Assembly: GCA_051294375.1 (NCBI GenBank)
Contig: CM119264.1
Location: 4,241,392 to 4,305,391 of the forward strand
Direction of reading: 5' to 3'
Length of the DNA stretch: 64,000 bases
Source: Paraspadella gotoi
Lineage: Eukaryota; Animalia; Chaetognatha
Positions 61,861 through 64,000 of this stretch are shown one piece after another. Below the pieces are notes generated by a model. It searched no databases, was not told the origin of the DNA, and saw only the letters and a list, made by a program, of their open reading frames with translations. Within the stretch, counting starts at the first letter, position 1, and each line of letters starts with the position of its first letter. The translations under genes were made by a program, and so were the position numbers.

Positions 61861-62359
61861 CGACTGATTAAATCTCTTCGTCGGTAATGAAGGGCGGAAG
61901 TTTTCGAGACCGCGATTCGATCATTCGACCCATGTCGCTAGAAACATGCCATTGGTTTAAGCCACTTCAAACAGGCCATTCGCCATCTGCCATCTGCCAT
62001 CTGCCATCTGCCATCTGCCATCTGCCAATTGAAACATGCCATTCACCCTTGCGACTCAAAACAGGCTATCCGGCTATCGACTTCTGCCAATTATGACATC
62101 CCGTGTCAGGAGCCTGTTGCAGGTATTGAAAGAACAGAAACGTATATTTTTTGGTTGTATATATCACTTTTTTTTTTTATTTCGCAGTGCATTATTTAAG
62201 TCGGTATACAGGGAATTTATTATGAAACCAGAGTGGTTTTATTCTCGGAAAATAAACAGTTTCAATAATTATAATTTATCTCTGTTTTATCGTAAATTTT
62301 TGTTCTGTTAACAACTTTTCTCTCTCTAGATTTTCTTTGTCTCTTTCTCCCCTCCCCTC

Positions 62360-62394
<35 letters not shown>

Positions 62395-63370
62395 CTCAAA
62401 CGACGGCAAACGACATATCGAAGGAGCGAAAGACAAAAACGAGAAATAACATTAAACGAGGAAAACATCAAAATAAAAAACACAAATCGACGAAAGAGAA
62501 ATAACAACCGCAGCGCCGCCAAACGTCGGCTATCGGCGAAAAGGAGAAAATGACGAAGAACGAGCGAAGAAAAGAAACAAACAAAAGACGAAAAAGGCGC
62601 ACGTGGTTCGGTAATGACGACGACAACTGATACGGAAAGAAAAACAACTGGTGATACAAATCTAACAAAATTGTAAATTCTTTAAACATATCTCCAAAAA
62701 ATAGGAATCGAATTATAACAAAATTACGCCTCTTTTTATTTTTGGTATCAATTTGACACATATATGTGAGCGTCTGGTGTCTTTACGAAGTCAGTACTGA
62801 TTTTTTTAATTTAAAAAAAAATGCTCTTTACACATTTACAGAAACTAACTGGCATAGTGTCATCACCCACAGTCTTTAACTGCCAATGCTACATGCTACC
62901 ATTTCATTTTTTTTAATATTTGTAAAAAGTTTCCTTTTTTAGCGTAATTATTATTTTTTATTTCAGGCTAAATGTTTAAGTGCGGATCCTGGGGGAGAAG
63001 CTCTAATGGCGAGGTCAGTAGCAATCCGGACTAATTTCCGTTATAGAAATTGAAAAAACGCCAACAACAGTAGTTGGAATCAATCAATCAATCACTGAAT
63101 CAACAGCAGTTGCAATCAATCAATCAATGACTGAATCAACAGCAGTTGCAATCAGAGCTGCTATCACATCACCTGCGTGGATCCACACGACCTTTTTCGT
63201 CCTATCTGCCGTCTCTCCGATCCTAACGCCTTTGATGTCGCGTCCCTCGTACGTCTTGCCGACGACGAATGTCGACGCCAATGACGGAAACTTCGTTGCA
63301 AGAGAATCCAACCAAGAGTGGATGTCGCCAAGTCGGGCGTAGCGACCCAGTGGGGTGGTGGAGGCGTAGG
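56992..63370 (-). CDS. M14A zinc carboxypeptidase A/B-type, catalytic domain (exons 63370-63173, 59587-59384, 58298-58129, 57695-57587, 57455-57309, 57104-56992); signal peptide/prodomain exons mostly outside the window
   Basis: Manual splicing at GT-AG sites gives consistent phases (1,1,0,1,1) and about 313 codons. Motifs: GKTYEGR, GIHAREW (Zn ligands H69/E72), NPDGY, WRKTR (R127), GADPNRNW (R145), FHSYSQ (H196), LYPAAG (Y248), FTLELRP (E270), [14 protein letters not shown], then TAA. Confidence 0.96.
57309..57455 (-). CDS. Carboxypeptidase exon (..[41 protein letters not shown])
   Basis: TCCAG acceptor; GT donor at 57308; Y248 and E270 motifs. Confidence 0.94.
57587..57695 (-). CDS. Carboxypeptidase exon ([26 protein letters not shown])
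   Basis: CAG acceptor; GTAAGT donor; HSYSQ motif. Confidence 0.93.
58129..58298 (-). CDS. Carboxypeptidase exon ([57 protein letters not shown]); absent from the ORF track
   Basis: TTTCAG acceptor; GTAAGT donor at 58128; conserved Cys pair and NRN motif. Confidence 0.95.
59384..59587 (-). CDS. Carboxypeptidase exon ([39 protein letters not shown])
   Basis: CAG acceptor 59590-59588; donor GTGTGG at 59383; Zn-binding motif. Confidence 0.95.
60289..60369 (+). ncRNA. Candidate twister self-cleaving ribozyme, P5-type permutation; predicted cut U60315/A60316
   Basis: GTTGGC(P5) AAA GCTA(P2) GACCG TCCTAGGG(P1) TAA TCGC(P2) GCC AGTGAC-TGGATGC-GTCACT(P3) G AGGG(P4) TCGGAAGC CCCC(P4) AAA GCCAAC(P5). 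Pseudoknots T1 (CGG/CCG) and T2 (GC/GC) are fully Watson-Crick; one mismatch each in P2 and P4. Confidence 0.8.
63173..63370 (-). CDS. Carboxypeptidase exon (..[50 protein letters not shown])
   Basis: Polypyrimidine tract and AAG/CAG acceptor at 63376-63371; donor GTGATG at 63172; typical N-terminus of the mature M14A enzyme. Confidence 0.92.
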
Positions 63371-63908
63371 CTGCTTGGGGAGGGTGGAGAGAGGGAGAAA
63401 GGGTGGACGATGAAAGGGTTGGTGGGTGGGCCAAAAGTAGGAGAACAACATTACCAAGAGAAATCTGAAATAATAATGATGCTACAAAAGCACGGAAGAA
63501 AAAGTGTGTTATATCATTGTTTACTTTTCGTCCCGAAATATATTCGGTCCTTGTTCCTTCCGCGAATTTTTTTTTTTTTTTAAGAGACTCGTGAGAAAAA
63601 AAAAAGTAAACATGCAAACCGCGAAATTTCAAAAAAACCCGCCCGCGGCTTCTCCTTCTGCCGCAGCCGCCGCCGCAACCGCCGCCGCAGCAACCGCCGC
63701 AGCAACCGCCGTCGCCCCCTTCGGCGAAGCACGAGAAAATGGCAACTTGTTTGGAAAATTGAAATTCTTCTCGAGCAAAGGATTGGAAATGAAATGAGGC
63801 GCCTCCACTTTGAGGGTTTGAGAGGAAAGAATGAGGGAGGGAGAAGAAGAAAGAGAGAGATAGAGAGAGAGAGGGATCGAGAAAGGGAGAGGCGGTAAAC
63901 GCGCTTAC

Positions 63909-63954
63909 CTTTCTCAAGTTTAGGCGCCGGTGACTCTGAGGTAGGTTAATATCG
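63909..63954 (-). CDS. Probable short upstream carboxypeptidase exon (prodomain linker); 5' boundary ambiguous (63954 or 63935)
   Basis: Strong AG|GTAAGC donor at 63908; two CAG acceptors. Only the 27-nt form joins the next exon without a stop. Confidence 0.5.
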
Positions 63955-64000
63955 CTGAGGCGCCGATAGAGGAGGAAAGAGACTAACTGGTAAGGCGGAG

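Overview
Eukaryotic, probably invertebrate metazoan, genomic DNA from a draft assembly: many N gaps, dense (AG)n/(CT)n, (GAC)n and (GCG)n microsatellites, GT-AG introns, and error-rich tandem duplicates next to 25-N gaps. Most ORFs in the supplied track are microsatellite or gap artefacts. Two genes are well supported. One is a two-exon EamA/DMT (SLC35G-like) transporter (+, 41746-43270). The other is the 3' part of an M14A zinc carboxypeptidase A/B gene (-, six phase-consistent exons 63370-56992; its 5' end lies beyond the window). Weaker orphan gene candidates lie at about 20.4-21.5 kb and 46.6-49.9 kb. Mobile DNA includes a TTAA-flanked Kolobok-like MITE, an LTR remnant with its polypurine tract, and HINE/DINE-like ends. 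The main finding is two sequence-unrelated candidate twister ribozymes with P5-type permutation (60289-60369, near-intact; 38021-38099, slightly degenerate). In both, P1 is reduced to a palindrome. The second sits directly behind a tRNA-like Pol III promoter inside a 298-bp insert flanked by a 32-bp direct repeat, suggesting a twister-based retrozyme/SINE-like family. All structures were derived by eye and are untested.
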